Origin: Octopus vulgaris
Taxonomy: Eukaryota
Length of the DNA stretch: 64,000 nt
NCBI GenBank assembly: GCA_951406725.2
Contig: OX597833.1
Coordinates: 57,412,001 to 57,476,000 of the forward strand
Direction: 5' to 3'
Position numbers and translations under genes: made by a program. Each line of letters begins with the position of its first letter. Position 1 is the first letter of the stretch. The notes beneath the pieces are model-generated. The model was not told the origin of the DNA. It was given only the letters and a program-made list of their open reading frames with translations, and did not search any database. Below are positions 11,757 through 24,712 of this stretch, one piece after another.

Positions 11757-12109
11757 CTTGACTTAAATAAATGGTGAAGAGCAATTAAGAAATAAACAAG
11801 CCTGCACAGGCACACATACTCAATAACCCATCGACTATTGGACATGCATAGCGGAAAGGAGCAAGGGGGGGACCCCATCATGTACATATATATATATCAT
11901 ACATACATACATTCACACACACACACATGTACACTACCCTTCTGAGAGGATCCTTTCAGACATTAATTACATTCATACAACGCAGACACAATAAATATAG
12001 GGGTACACCACAAGGAGAGAGAGAGATTTTTCCCTGTTAGTTAAACATGAGTTAAGTAAATATGAATAACAAGTTAAAAATGTGATAACTAACATTAAGT
12101 TGCCACACC

Positions 12110-12110
12110 A

Positions 12111-12187
<77 letters not shown>

Positions 12188-12243
12188 ACACACATATATA
12201 TATACATATATATATACACACACACACACACATATATACATAT

Positions 12244-12296
<53 letters not shown>

Positions 12297-12590
12297 CATA
12301 TATATATATACACATATACATATACACACACACACATATATATATATACACATATACATATACACACACACACATATATATATATACATATATACATATA
12401 CATATATATATACAATATACACATACACATATACACATACATATATACACATATATACACATACATATATACACATATATACACATACATATATACACAT
12501 ATATACATATACATATGTGTGTGTGTGTGTGTGTGTATGTTCATATACAAACACATATATACACACAATCACTCTCCACACACACACACA
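12110..12590. repeat. Compound (TG)n/(TA)n/(CA)n microsatellite
   Basis: Direct inspection. Confidence 0.95.
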
Positions 12591-12967
12591 TAGAGACAGA
12601 CAGACTGAGCAAACGAGAGTGAGAAAGTCATCTGTCATCAGTTTAAATATAAACGATGGTATGTAAATATGTGAGGGGTGGGGAGTGGGTAGGTGGGTGG
12701 GTGGGTGATCGAGAGAAATGTTTGGAGAAGCAACAAACAAATCAGTGATTTCCTTGACACCACCACCACCATCACAACCACCACCACCACGTTGCTGCCG
12801 CCAGTGAAAACTGGGGGTTAGTTATATAGGTGTGGAAAGGACAGTAATATCAAGAATTTTGTTTCTTTTAATCAACCTCAAACTGTACAGAGAGGGGGTA
12901 GATGGGGAAAGGGGCGAGAGGGGGGTGAAGAAGAAACTCCATGCAAAAACTGTAAACATAAGCTGTG

Positions 12968-13464
12968 GTGGGGGGGGGGAGAAAAGGAGTGAGAGGAAAA
13001 GAGAGAAGGGAGAGAGAGGAGGGAAAGAGAGAAGAGGGAGAGGGGAAAACGAGAGAGGAAGAGAGAAAGGAAGAGAAAAGGACGAGAGGGAAAAAGAGAA
13101 AGGCGAAGAGAGAGGAAAAGAGAAGGAAAAGAAAGAGGAAAAGAGGGATGAGAGAGAGAAAGGAAGAGAGGTGGAAGAAGAAAAAAAAGAGTAGAGAAAC
13201 GGGGAGGAGAAAATGGGAGAGACAGAGGGAGAGAGAGTAGAGAGAGGGAGAGATAGAGGAAGAAAGGAGAAGAGAGAGAGTAGAGAGAGAGGGCGATGGA
13301 GGAAGAGAGAGGGGAGAGTAGAGAGGGGGAGAAAGAGGGAGATAGAGGAAGGGAGAAGAGAGAGAGTAGAGAGAGAGAGGGCGATAGAGGAAGAGAGATG
13401 GGGAGACAGAGGAAGAGAGATGGGGAGACAGAGGAAGAGAGAGGGGGAGAGGAGGGAGAGAGAG

Positions 13465-13537
<73 letters not shown>
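12968..13537. repeat. Polypurine (GA-rich) tract followed by (GT)n
   Basis: About 500 nt of almost only G/A on the plus strand, then a GT repeat. Confidence 0.95.
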
Positions 13538-13541
<4 letters not shown>

Positions 13542-13816
13542 GGGGTGGCGAAGAAAAGGCAGCCGAAGAAACATGTTAAGGTTGGCAGGAATGTGAAGAA
13601 TTGATGGCTACGTGAAGATATACGGACATTCCTGCAGCAGAACATGCTGGTGCTAAAAGTTGATTTACTTTAGTTATTTACTTGATTTAATTCCTTGAAG
13701 AATAACTTGCTTTCTTCACCTCGAACTAATTGACATGTTTGCTGCGGTTGTTATTGCTGTCGCTGTAAACAGCCCCGGGTCACCGGTAATTGAGGTCTTA
13801 CAACCGTGACCATATC

Positions 13817-14055
13817 TTTCTTTCTTTCTTTTCTTTCTTTCTTTTCTTTTCTTTTACTTGTTTCAGTCATTTTGACTGCGGCCATGCTGGAGCACCGCCT
13901 TTAATCGAGCAACTCGACCCCGGGACTTATTCTTTTTTGTAAGCCCAGTACTTATTCTATCGGTCTCCTTTGCCGAACCGCTAAGTGACGGGGACGTAAA
14001 TACACCAGCATCAGTTGTCAATCAATGCTAGGGGGGCAAACACAGACACACACAC

Positions 14056-14148
<93 letters not shown>

Positions 14149-14310
14149 GACAGGCTTCTTTCAGTTTCCGTCTACCAAATCCACTCACAAGGCTTTTGGT
14201 CGGCCCGAGGCTATAGCAGAAGACACTTGCCCAAGGTGCCACGCAGTGGGACTGAACCCGGAACCATGTGGTTGATAAACAAGCTACTTACCACACAGCC
14301 ACTCCTGCGC
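13817..14310 (-). mobile_element. SINE-A full length
   Basis: Reverse-complement consensus, (CTTT)n tail and a short flanking repeat ATATC. Confidence 0.9.
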
Positions 14311-15584
14311 ATATCGTTTTTTATTTTATTTATTTTTTTTTTTCATTTTGGAAGAGAGAACAGGAAGAAACTTGGATTGTGCTAACTAATATGCCCTTCT
14401 CTTGTTCAGACGGAGGGTGTGGCGATTTGAGAAAGATTTGGCTGCTATTTCTAGTAACTATGTCGAAACTCATTCATTTGAGGTATTTATGGGTTAAACG
14501 TGCGTTTATATGCGTGTGTGGCTGTGTTGTAAGAGGTTTGCTTCACAGCCACATGGTTCCAGGTTCTGTCCCATTGCGTAGCACCTTAGGCAAGTGTCTT
14601 TTACTGTAGTCTCGGGCCGACCAAAGCCTTGAGTGGATTTAGTAGATGGAAACTGAAAGAAGCCCGTCGTAAATATTCTTTTACTTGTTTCAATCACTTA
14701 ACTGCAGCACCACCTAGAAGGATTTTAATCGAAAAAAAATCGATCCCAGGGCTTAAATTTTAAGTATTAGTTCTATCGGCCACTTTTGTCCAAACTGCTA
14801 CGTTACGGGGACGTAAACACACCAACACCGGTTGTCAAGCACTGATGGGGTGAGGGACAAACACAGATACAAAGGCGCAAAAATAATGGCCATTACATAT
14901 AATTCTTCTTAGGTCGTTCAATTTGCCTCAATTGATCAACAGACCAATTGAGTAAACCCATCAATAATGTACCTATAATGATTATTTGAAACAGCTGTAA
15001 GCCAAATTTCCTTACAGCTGTTTCGAGGAAATGTATACAATGACCATTATATCTAACCTGTTTCTTATATATCATGTGTAAAAACCAGTTTATCTGGAGC
15101 CCATTCACGGGCGGACGGACGGATGGATGGAAAGAATGTCTTTGGTCACAGCTCTACCGGCTCAGAGCTAACAACATTCAACAATAAAAAAGGGAAATGA
15201 TTATCCTTCGCCTTAGACTGTAATACATAATGGCTGTAGAAAGGTTGGTTTATGGCTAGAATATTTGGATCTAGTTCATCTCATCTACACGGCCACTAAA
15301 GCGGATAAAAGACAAATCAGTTCCCAGATAACTGGTGGCGTTCTCAAGTCTGCTGGGGTGAAATGATCTTAGGTATTTACTTTACAAACATTTCTGTATA
15401 AATATACAAAATAGCAATTTCTTCCTGACAAAAATGATGGTTAATTTCTGGTTAAATGTGAATTGGAAGAAATAAGGGTTATATAAAAATAGTAGGGTTT
15501 ACTTGAAACACCGAAACGAAGATAACAGTTCACTATACGAAGAAAAAATACTTTCATTTTAAAAGCACGTATTCAAATTAGGGG

Positions 15585-15631
<47 letters not shown>

Positions 15632-16282
15632 TAAAAACAAAAAGGAAAGACACATTTAGGAAACTTTCATAAGTATTTAATTATAAATAGCATTAAGAAA
15701 ACATTAATTTTAAGATGTAATGATACGAGTCTGCAATACTTTCATTTCAAGAGCATGTGTATTATGAGGAAATAAAAACATGTAAGGTAACTTAGAAGTA
15801 TTTAATAATAAAAACAACATTATAAAAATAATGTAGAAGAGTCAGCATAAATCATGCACTTCCTATGTCTGCAACCACTGCAGTACCGCCTTTGAAATAA
15901 AAAAAAACACCGTTATCATTTTCGTTTCGGCATTTCAGATAAACCACGATGTTTTTATACATTCTCCATTTCTTTGAAATTACGGAGGAAGGGTTTTAAA
16001 AATTTTTTTTATTCCAAGTCAACTAAGGTCAAGTTGATTTATCGTCGAAGATATTCCATCTCTGGCTTATTTTCAGGATATCATATACTCAGAACATCAT
16101 ATAAAGTGTCCGTTTTCTTTTAAGACGGTGAGACACGATTTAAAGGAGATTTGGCTGTTATTTATAACAGTTTGAGCGACTATGGAAAGAGTCCCTCGTT
16201 GGCTCTCGCAGTTATTAAAGTTGAATCCAGTGTGATGAAAAATGAAAAAAAAAAAAAAATTAATATCCTGTCCCAAATATAT

Positions 16283-16668
16283 ACTCTTTTACTTGTTTCA
16301 GTCATCTGACTGTGGCCATGCTGGAGCACCACCTTTAGTTGAGCAAATCAACCCCAGGACTTATTCTTTGTAAGCCTAGTACTTAGCGGTTCGGCAAAAG
16401 CGACCGATAGACTAAGTTACGGGGACGTAAACACAGCAGCATCGGTTGTCAAACGATGTTGGGGGGGGGGACAAGACACACAAACACACACACATATATA
16501 CATATATACGACGGGCTTCTTTCAGTTTCCGTCTACCAAATCCACTCACAAGGCTTTGGTCGGCCTGAGGCTATAGTAGAAGACACTTGCCCAAGGTGCC
16601 ACGCAGTGGGACTGAACTTGGCACCATGTTGTAGGTAAGCAAGCTACTTACCACACAGTCACGCCTAC
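16283..16668 (-). mobile_element. SINE-A with an internal micro-inversion
   Basis: Consensus match except that 16386-16412 is reverse-complemented. Confidence 0.85.
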
Positions 16669-17739
16669 GAAAATTTTTGCATTTTATTTGAACCGAAAGC
16701 CATCTCCTAGATACAGATACAATCTGACTTGTGTAGATTAACAAGGAAAATTATATCTAACGAAGTAACTATTTTGTGACGTTTTCGATATTTTTTTTGT
16801 CAACTTTTGTGGTTCATTAAAGAAAGGAATGTTAACAGAATCGTTCGAGCGTTGAACAAAATGCTTAGCGGCATTGTTCTGGCTCTTTAACGTTCTAAAT
16901 TTCATCCTTTCGGGGTCGATAAGATAAAGTACCAATCAAGTACTGGGGGTCGATGTAATCGTTTCACCAGCAGCTGGTCCTGTGCCAAATAATTATTTCG
17001 TGTCTATAAATCTTCTTCTCTCTCTCTCTGATTTAGTACAACTTTTCTGGGGTTTTCCCCCCAAAACCATAAACATTTCAAACGAGGAATTTAATATTGG
17101 GCAAGCCAGCAGGTATACTGGACTGCACCACGTACACATGTGAACATCAGCTGAAATGTCAAAAAAGCATTTCCTTATTGGTTCTGGGTTGGATCCAGCC
17201 TCACCAGAAACTCCGAAATAAAAAAAATAGGCGCTGGAGCACAGACACGGTGGAATTTGCTTATCTGACAGCAAGCTTGTCAGCAGTTTATTAAAGTTTG
17301 GCGGTTAGTTATGTGAAGACTTCATTTCAAGACCAGCTTTTATTAATAAAGTGAATATGGACAGGAGTTTTGGCGATATGCTAATTTGACAGTTAACATT
17401 TTTAACAACAGAAGTTATGTTAAAGATTTCATTCCAAACAACATAGTTCGCCAATATAGACATTGTTAACAATGAGATGGTTTGTGGCACTAATTTTTGA
17501 TGGTGATAATGATAAGCAGTAATGGTGGCGGAAACTGTTAGAAGTCATGATGGTGGTGGAAAAAATGGTGGGAGTCAAAATGGTGATGGTGAGAGTAGCT
17601 GCCTGGACGGTGGTGATTGTGGTAGTAGTGGCAGTCAAAACGGTGGTGGACGCGGTGGTAACAGACGACAGTGGTTGAAACACCTCTCCCCCCACTTATA
17701 AATCCCGTAGTTGTTACAGTGGTGGTGGGGTAATGACTA

Positions 17740-18156
17740 GGATCTTTTCTGTTTGAACGGCAGTTTTTAACATAATTTCTAGGGAACTAAAAAATTTTAA
17801 ACTTCGTATACTGGTAGAATGTGTTTATAAAAACATCTTTTTCTCTTGGCTTTATTGAGAAAATTCTATAGTTTGTAAGATATTTGTTGTTTTTTTCTCT
17901 TAAATTTCTGCAATTTCAACCAATCACTGACGTCTATTGAGGTAAAAAAAAACATTCTGTGCCATATGAATATGTCCCTAGTTTAAGAAACAGATTGGGT
18001 TTATTTACATTTGTGGAGAAAAAAAAGATACCCTTCCCCCCACCCCTAACCCTAAAATAGATTGAAATGCAATAGATCGATACTAGGGTCATAATTATGG
18101 GTGGCAATTTTATATGACACCGCTAGAAAAAACAGCCGTTCAAACCGAAAAGATCC
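17740..18156. mobile_element. MITE with GGATCTTTTCGGTTTGAACGGC-type TIRs and internal CCCTAACCCTAA
   Basis: Ends GGATCTTTTCTGTTTGAACGGC and GCCGTTCAAACCGAAAAGATCC. Three copies in the window; superfamily unclear. Confidence 0.85.
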
Positions 18157-18755
18157 AATGGTGGTAGTACCAACAAATAATGGTGGGGTTAGTGACGGCG
18201 GCGGCGGAGACTGCAGGTGTGGCGGTGGTGGTGGTGGTAGTGACGAACCACATTTAAATTCTTCAGAATCTTCCATCAACCCCTGTATCAGTTATGGCAC
18301 CATGGGTCATAGGTAATGAAGCTAATATGGTGGATGCTTAGCTAAGAAACAAGAATAAAAAAAAAAGATATCAGAGAGAAACATCTGCAGAATGTCAGCG
18401 ATGTGATGGTGATGCCGTTTCTTGTTTGTGTGAGTCGGGTGGGTAAACATGGCGGTTAGTTTGTAGAGCAAAGCTTTGTCTCATTTCGCCTGTTGCTCTC
18501 TTTCTTTTCCCACCCCTGTACATACATACATACAAATACGTAAAACAGCCCAAATACACCGACTGATGACAGTCTATTACAGGAGTGATAAATGTAACAG
18601 ATACAGATTCCTCAGATTGCATGCTAATTCTTTGATGACAACACTTGATCCTAAACAATTTCAAGAAAGGAAACACAGAAGAACCGCCGCCGCTACTAAA
18701 ATCAACAGCATCAGTACAAAAGCAAGAACCAACGAGGCGGTAGTGGGCGGTAGTT

Positions 18756-19147
18756 GGAGGCGCAATGGCCCAGTGGTTAGGGCAGCGGACTCGCGGTCAT
18801 AGGATCGCGGTTTCGATTCCCAGACCGGGCGTTGTGAGTGTTTATTGAGCGAAAACACCTAAAAGCTCCACGAGGCTCCGGCAGGGGATGGTGGTGATCC
18901 CTGCTGTACTCTTTCACCACAACTTTCTCTCACTCTTTCTTCCTGTTTCTGTTGTACCTGTATTTCAAAGGGCCGGCCCTTGTCACTCTCTGTGTCACGC
19001 TGAATATCCCCGAGAACTACGTTAAGGGTACACGTGTCTGTGGAGTGCTCAGCCACTTACATGTTAATTTCACGAGCAGGCTGTTCCGTTGATTTGATCG
19101 GATCAACCGGAACCCTCGTCGTCGTAACCGACGGAGTGCTTCCATCC
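18756..19147 (+). mobile_element. SINE-C (tRNA-Arg-like head), long-tail form
   Basis: A-box TGGCCCAGTGG and B-box GGTTTCGATTCC. Imperfect flanking repeat AGTGGGCGGTAG/AGTGGGTGGTGG. From memory it resembles the octopus OR-type SINEs (unverified). Confidence 0.85.
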
Positions 19148-19280
19148 AGTGGGTGGTGGAGAGCTTTTACGTGATCGCCCAACTTGCTAGAAATGGCAGT
19201 CGAATCTCCTCTAAATAACATTCCACCATCTTAGAAGAGAAAAGAAGTTGGACCACGTGGCCCCATGCTTCCTGTATATA

Positions 19281-19508
19281 TATTTCTTTACTACCCACAA
19301 GGGGCTAAACACAGAGGGGACAAACAAGGACAGACAAAGGGATTAAGTCGATTACATCGACCCCAGTGCGTAATTGGTACTTAATTTATCGACCCCAAAA
19401 GGATAAAAGGCAAAGTCGACCTCGGCGGAATTTGAACTCAGAACGTAGCGGCAGACGAAATACCGCTAAGCATTTCGCCCGGCGTGCTAACGTTTCTGCC
19501 AGCTCGCC
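19281..19508 (-). mobile_element. SINE-B monomer, full length
   Basis: Reverse complement reads GGCGAGCTGGCAGAAACG..GAGTTCAAATTCC (B-box-like)..GGGGTCGATAAA..AGTACC (Meta/MESC-like domain, from memory)..AAAGAAATA. Confidence 0.85.
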
Positions 19509-19688
19509 CCCAAAACAAAATACCCATAGCTGGAATGCCTGTTTTCGTGGGTCTGCTTGATCAGGGCTGACTTAGGACTAAACAACAAAAGTAACCAATG
19601 AGGGGGAATCCTCTATCTGGTTGGTCGCCCTGCTAGAAATAGCAACAAACTTTCTTAAATGCCATTGGATTGTTTTAGGAATGACGGA

Positions 19689-20096
19689 GTATCTTTTCGG
19701 TTTGAACGGCAGTTTTTTTTTTTCTAGCGGTGTCATATGAAATTGTCACTCATAATTATGACCCTAGTATCGATCTATTGCATTTCAATCTGTTTTAGGG
19801 TTAGGGGTGGGGGGAAAGGTATCTTTTTTTCTTCACAAATGTAAATAAACCCAATCTGTTTCTTAAACGAGGGACATATTCATACGGCACAGAAAGTTTT
19901 CACCTCCAATAGACGTCATTGATTGGTTGAAATTGCAGAAATTGAAGAAGAAAAACAACAAATATCTTACAAACCACAGAATGAAGCCAAGAGAAAAAGA
20001 TGTTTTATAAACACATTCTACCAGTATACGAAGTTTAAAAGTGTTTAGTTACGTGGAAATTATTTTAAAAAACTGCCGTTCAAACCGAAAAGATCC
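19689..20096. mobile_element. Second copy of the GGATCTTTTC-TIR MITE, opposite orientation
   Basis: Same TIRs; the interior is the reverse complement of 17740-18156. Confidence 0.85.
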
Positions 20097-20348
20097 CACG
20101 GTTGGAATACCTACGATGGAAGCTCTTTTCGAACAGACCTGACCCAGGGCTAAACGACTAAGAAGTTTACGAAGCAAGATGGGGTTAGTGAAGAATAACA
20201 GGGAGTGGTCAAGACAATTTTAGACAGACAAAAGGGTGCTTTGTGTACAACTGTGTAGGTGTTTGTAAGAAATATGTGAAATAATGGAATTTATACATGT
20301 GTATAAATCTATGACTGTATAGGTGGAGGTGGGTAAAGTGAGAGAGAT

Positions 20349-20413
20349 TAGATAGATAGATAGATAGATATATAGACAGACGGAGAAACAGAGAGGGAAA
20401 GACAGACAGACAA

Positions 20414-20460
<47 letters not shown>

Positions 20461-20577
20461 TAGATAGATATAGATGGATAAATAGATAGATAAATAGAAA
20501 GATAGATATAGATAGATAGATACAGATGGATAGATAGATAGATGGAAAGATAGATATATATAGACAGAAAGATAGAT

Positions 20578-20620
<43 letters not shown>

Positions 20621-20746
20621 TAGATGATAGATATAGATAGATAGATAGATATAGATGATAGATATAGATAGATATAGAGAGATGGAAAGATAGAGATAGA
20701 AAGATAGATAGATAGATAGATAGATGGAAAGATAGATAGATAGATG

Positions 20747-20818
<72 letters not shown>

Positions 20819-20819
20819 T

Positions 20820-20850
<31 letters not shown>

Positions 20851-20851
20851 T
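20349..20851. repeat. (GATA)n/(GACA)n microsatellite
   Basis: Direct inspection. Confidence 0.95.
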
Positions 20852-21926
20852 ACGAACAGAACTATTTCTAGAGTTGTACGAGATACATGTGTTGGCGATC
20901 AAGAAAATAGTGGCAATGAATTTCAAAATATCTAAGAATGTGTGTGTATTTCTGAGAATATATAGGAGTGATAGTAAATCTATGTTGAGGTGTTGTGTGT
21001 TTTGCATGTGTGTGTATGTGTGTGTGAATTAAACGAATGGGGGATGTAGGAAACGGATATATGTGTGAATGAATGAACTGTTTATGCTTAGTAATCCCAA
21101 GTTGATGCTTAAACAGTGATATTTTCCTTTCAAAGCAAGCAATGTATGCATATGGCATTCAAAGAAGCAGAGAGAAAGAGAACGAGAGAGACCTTTACTA
21201 TATTAGAGAGGGAGAGAGACCTTTACTACATTAGAATACACATGGTCAGCATTATATATCTGTGTGTGTGTGAGAGGGTGAACATAAAGAACAGAGGCAC
21301 ACGTTCTTCTCCCGTTTGTATGATGAATTAAAGGATGGGTGTGCGTGAGTTTTTATGTATATTAGGGTAAACAAATAAGAACAGATTTCTACTAAAGAAT
21401 GATACAGGTGTGCATATGTGGTGTGTGTGTGTGTGTGTGTGTTTGTGTGTGCTGTGAAGCGAGAGTGAATAGAAGACACAGAAGACAGTCATCGAACCAT
21501 TCATGAAAGCATAAGTGGGGTAGCAGCAGTTATAATTGTATGTGTGAGCGTGCGTGATGTTATACAAATAGAGGAACAAGACCTTTCATTAAGCATGATA
21601 GAAGTGTGTGACTACAAATGTCTATCTATGCGCGACCGTATGGATAAACAAAACCAAATGGAGAAAAAATAGGGTACACTATATGGGTGTGTGTGTGTGG
21701 AGGCGCGTGACTTAGTGGTTAGGGTGTCAGCCTAATGATCGTAAGATTGTGGTTTCGATTCCTGGACCGGGCGTCGCGTTGTGTTGTGTATTCTTGAGCA
21801 AAACACTTGGTACCTAATCTATCGCTTTCTTTTGTCGAAAATCTCTGCGTTACGGGGACACAAGCATATCAAGATGAATGTCTTGTGTGTAATAATAAAT
21901 CTCAGAGCTAGTTATAAACAGTAGCT

Positions 21927-22180
21927 ACAACACATCGTGACGTATATTTGCCATTTAAATATGGCTAACCCCCAAGGGTGGATGCTACTGTAGTTTGTAG
22001 CCCCAGGAGGACATCTCCTCCAGCTGGCTATTGACACACTTTTGCAAATACTGATAGGGCACAGAAAGTGTGTCTATAGCCAGCTGGAGGAGGTGTCCTC
22101 CTGGGGCTACAAACTACAGTAGCATCCACCCTTAAGGGTTAGCCACATTTAAGTGGTAAATATACTTCACAATGAGTTGT
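21927..22180. repeat. Long inverted repeat (~115-bp arms, ~20-nt loop), probable palindromic MITE
   Basis: GGGTGGATGCTACTGTAGTTTGTAGCCCCAGGAGGACA is mirrored by TGTCCTCCTGGGGCTACAAACTACAGTAGCATCCACCC. Confidence 0.9.
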
Positions 22181-22359
22181 GTGTGTTTGTGGGAAAATAA
22201 GCACAACAGGCTTCTTTCAGTTTCCGTCTACTACTAAATCCACTAACAAGGCTTCTGGTTGGCCTGGAGGAGAGACATTTGTCCAAGTTGCCCCGCAGAC
22301 GGACTGAACTCGAGACACTGTGTTTGGGAAGCAAACTTCTTATCACACTGCCACATACA

Positions 22360-22530
22360 GGCGCAGGAGTGGCTGTGTGGTAAGTAGCTTGTTTACCAAC
22401 CACATGGTTCCGGGTTCAGTCCCACTGCGTGGCACCTTGGGCAAGTGTCTTCTACTATAGCCTCGGGCCGACCAAAACCTTATGAGTGGATTTTGTAGAC
22501 GGAAACTGAAGGAAGCCCGTCGTATATATG

Positions 22531-22561
<31 letters not shown>

Positions 22562-22757
22562 TTGTCCCCCTAGCATTGCTTGACAACCGATGCTGGTGTG
22601 TTTATGTCCCCGTAACTTAGCGGTTCGGCAAAACAGACCGATAGAATAAGTACTGGGCTTACAAAAAGAATAAGTCCCGGGGTCGAGTTGCTCGATTAAA
22701 GGCGGTGCTCTAGCATGGCCGCAGTCAAATGACTGAAACAAGTAAAAGAGTAAAGAG
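22360..22757 (+). mobile_element. SINE-A full length
   Basis: Consensus match from head to tail. Confidence 0.9.
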
Positions 22758-23709
22758 TATACACACGCATACACACAAAGAAAGAAAGATGTACGAGCGA
22801 AAGGAAAGAATACTCAACACAGATCGTAAGAATTTATGTTTCTTTGTATTAACAGGAAGCTTGATGCAGGTTTTAAGTAAAGCAATCCGGCGTCAAATTG
22901 CTAACACAAACACACGAACCAAACTCTTTACACACACATACACACACACACACACACAGTTCACCGGTTATATTTATATAAGAATAAATATTTATGTATC
23001 CCGTTAGAAAGAAACAATCAGTTTGGTAAAGGCTTCTCCTCATCAATTTACACGCACGTACGCACATCTCTTGTTGTGTTCTTTGACAAAAGAGATTTGA
23101 TCTAGAATCGCCTGTTAAAAAGACTTTGCCTGCCTGTTGACATATAATTCCAAACGGTTGTTTATTATTAGTTAAACATACACCAATTGTTATTTACTCA
23201 ACCGTTTTCTTCCTTTTTTTTTTCTTTTCCCATAGATAATGTTAGACCATTTACAACCTACTGTCATATATATTCCCCTATATATATATTTTTCATTATC
23301 TTTTAGTCATTGGACTGCGGCCAGGCTGGGGCAGAGGCTTGAAGGTGTTTTAGTTGAACAGATCGACCCTGGTTCTTTTTTTCGTGTTTTTTGTTTTTTG
23401 GTGGGGCTGGAAAAAGAAAAGTCCGGTGCTTGTTCTGTCAGTCACTTTTACCTTACCTCTACCTTACGGGGAAGTAAACAAACCAATACCGGTTGTCGAG
23501 CAGTGGGAGTGGGGCAAACTCAAACACATATGTATAAATATATAAAAATACACACACACGCACACACACGATAGGCTTCCATACATTTTTTAGGCTACGA
23601 AAGCTAAAACAAAAATCTTTTCTGCAATCTAAGCCATTTGTTGATCTGTTATTAGAGACAATGAAATATATATATTATATATAATTCGACGTGTGAAACC
23701 ATTAATATA

Positions 23710-23873
23710 GACACTTTTTTTTTCTCCTCCCCATTTTCTTTCCTCATTCCTTTATGTTGAAAGTGCATAGGCTCGAAACGTTAAAGACCTTTCCATTTTT
23801 CCAAAGCGTCAAACTAATATACTTTCTTTGTCGTTTCCTCACCTGTCTTTTCGTTTTTTGTACACTTGAACCC

Positions 23874-23875
<2 letters not shown>
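23710..23875 (+). mobile_element. Degenerate copy of the hammerhead-like repeat
   Basis: CTTTATGTTGAAAGTGCATAGGCTCGAAACGTTAAAGAC, plus downstream similarity to 3060-3150. Confidence 0.6.
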
Positions 23876-23912
<37 letters not shown>

Positions 23913-24529
23913 ATGGTAAGAAGCTTGTCCTCAACCAAATGGTTCCGTGTTCAATACCACTATATACATACATATATATGTGTGTGTGCGTGTGTGTGTG
24001 TGTGTGTGGCAAGCAGCCTGCTTCCTAACGCATGATTCTGGGTTCAGCTCCACTGCGTAGCACCTTGAGCAAGTGTTTTTTACCATAGCATCCAGCCAAC
24101 CAAAGGCTTGTGAATGGATTTGGTAGACGGAAACAGAAAGAAGCCTGTAGTATATATACATATATGTGTGTATGTGTGTGTCTGTGTTTGTTTGCTCATC
24201 ATTGCTTGACTACTTGTGTTGGTTTGTTTATGGACCCATAGCTCAGCGGTTCAGCAAAGAGACCGATAGGATAAATACTAGGCCTAAAGACAAGTCTTGG
24301 GGTCGAATTGCTTGACAATAACACTTCAAGCTGGTGCTCCAACATGGCCGCAGTCAAATGACTAAAACAAGTAAAAGAATAAAAAGACACACACACACAC
24401 ACACACACATACATATATATATACAAACTGGCCCTGTGCTGTCAAAAACGACGGCTAATTGTAGTATTTTATATATAAATATCGATGGTAAATCAAATTC
24501 ATACACTTGTCAATGTTCACAAACATACA

Positions 24530-24712
24530 TCATCATCATCATCATTGTTCGACCGTGGTTGAGACAATGGAATTTACCATGTTGCGCCAGACTTCACGGT
24601 CCATCATAGCATTACGGAGGTCCTGTTGCTGGATGCCTGTATCCCTGGAGATTACATCAGGATAGGAGAGTGTGCGCCCTCTGGTGTTGCGAGTAGATGG
24701 CTTCCAGAGGAG
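24530..24712 (-). pseudogene. 3' end of an RTE-like LINE ORF with (TGA)n tail
   Basis: LLWKPSTRNTRGRTLSYPDVISRDTGIQQQDLRNAMMDREVWRNMV resembles RTE-clade ORF C-termini (W.P..GR..D..M.DR..WR). The stop codon runs into the trinucleotide tail. Confidence 0.75.

Noticed and set aside
11973-13645. Long ORFs rich in YI/VC/HT/SL/ER (also ~20350, 29000, 32500, 37100, 40300, 43100, 48300, 52700, 53500)
   Set aside because: They are translations of microsatellites and polypurine tracts that lack stop codons.
14515-14870. Twin-priming 5' inversion of SINE-A (also 56765-56950)
   Set aside because: The tail lies in the middle rather than at the outer end; separate insertions explain it better.
16993-17294. 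Overlapping short ORFs in unique sequence
   Set aside because: No recognisable domain, no ATG start and no convincing splice pair.
18043-18054. Telomere or interstitial telomeric array
   Set aside because: Only two TTAGGG-type units, internal to a MITE.
18756-18832. Functional tRNA-Arg gene
   Set aside because: No intact cloverleaf or terminator; it continues into a SINE body present in several copies.
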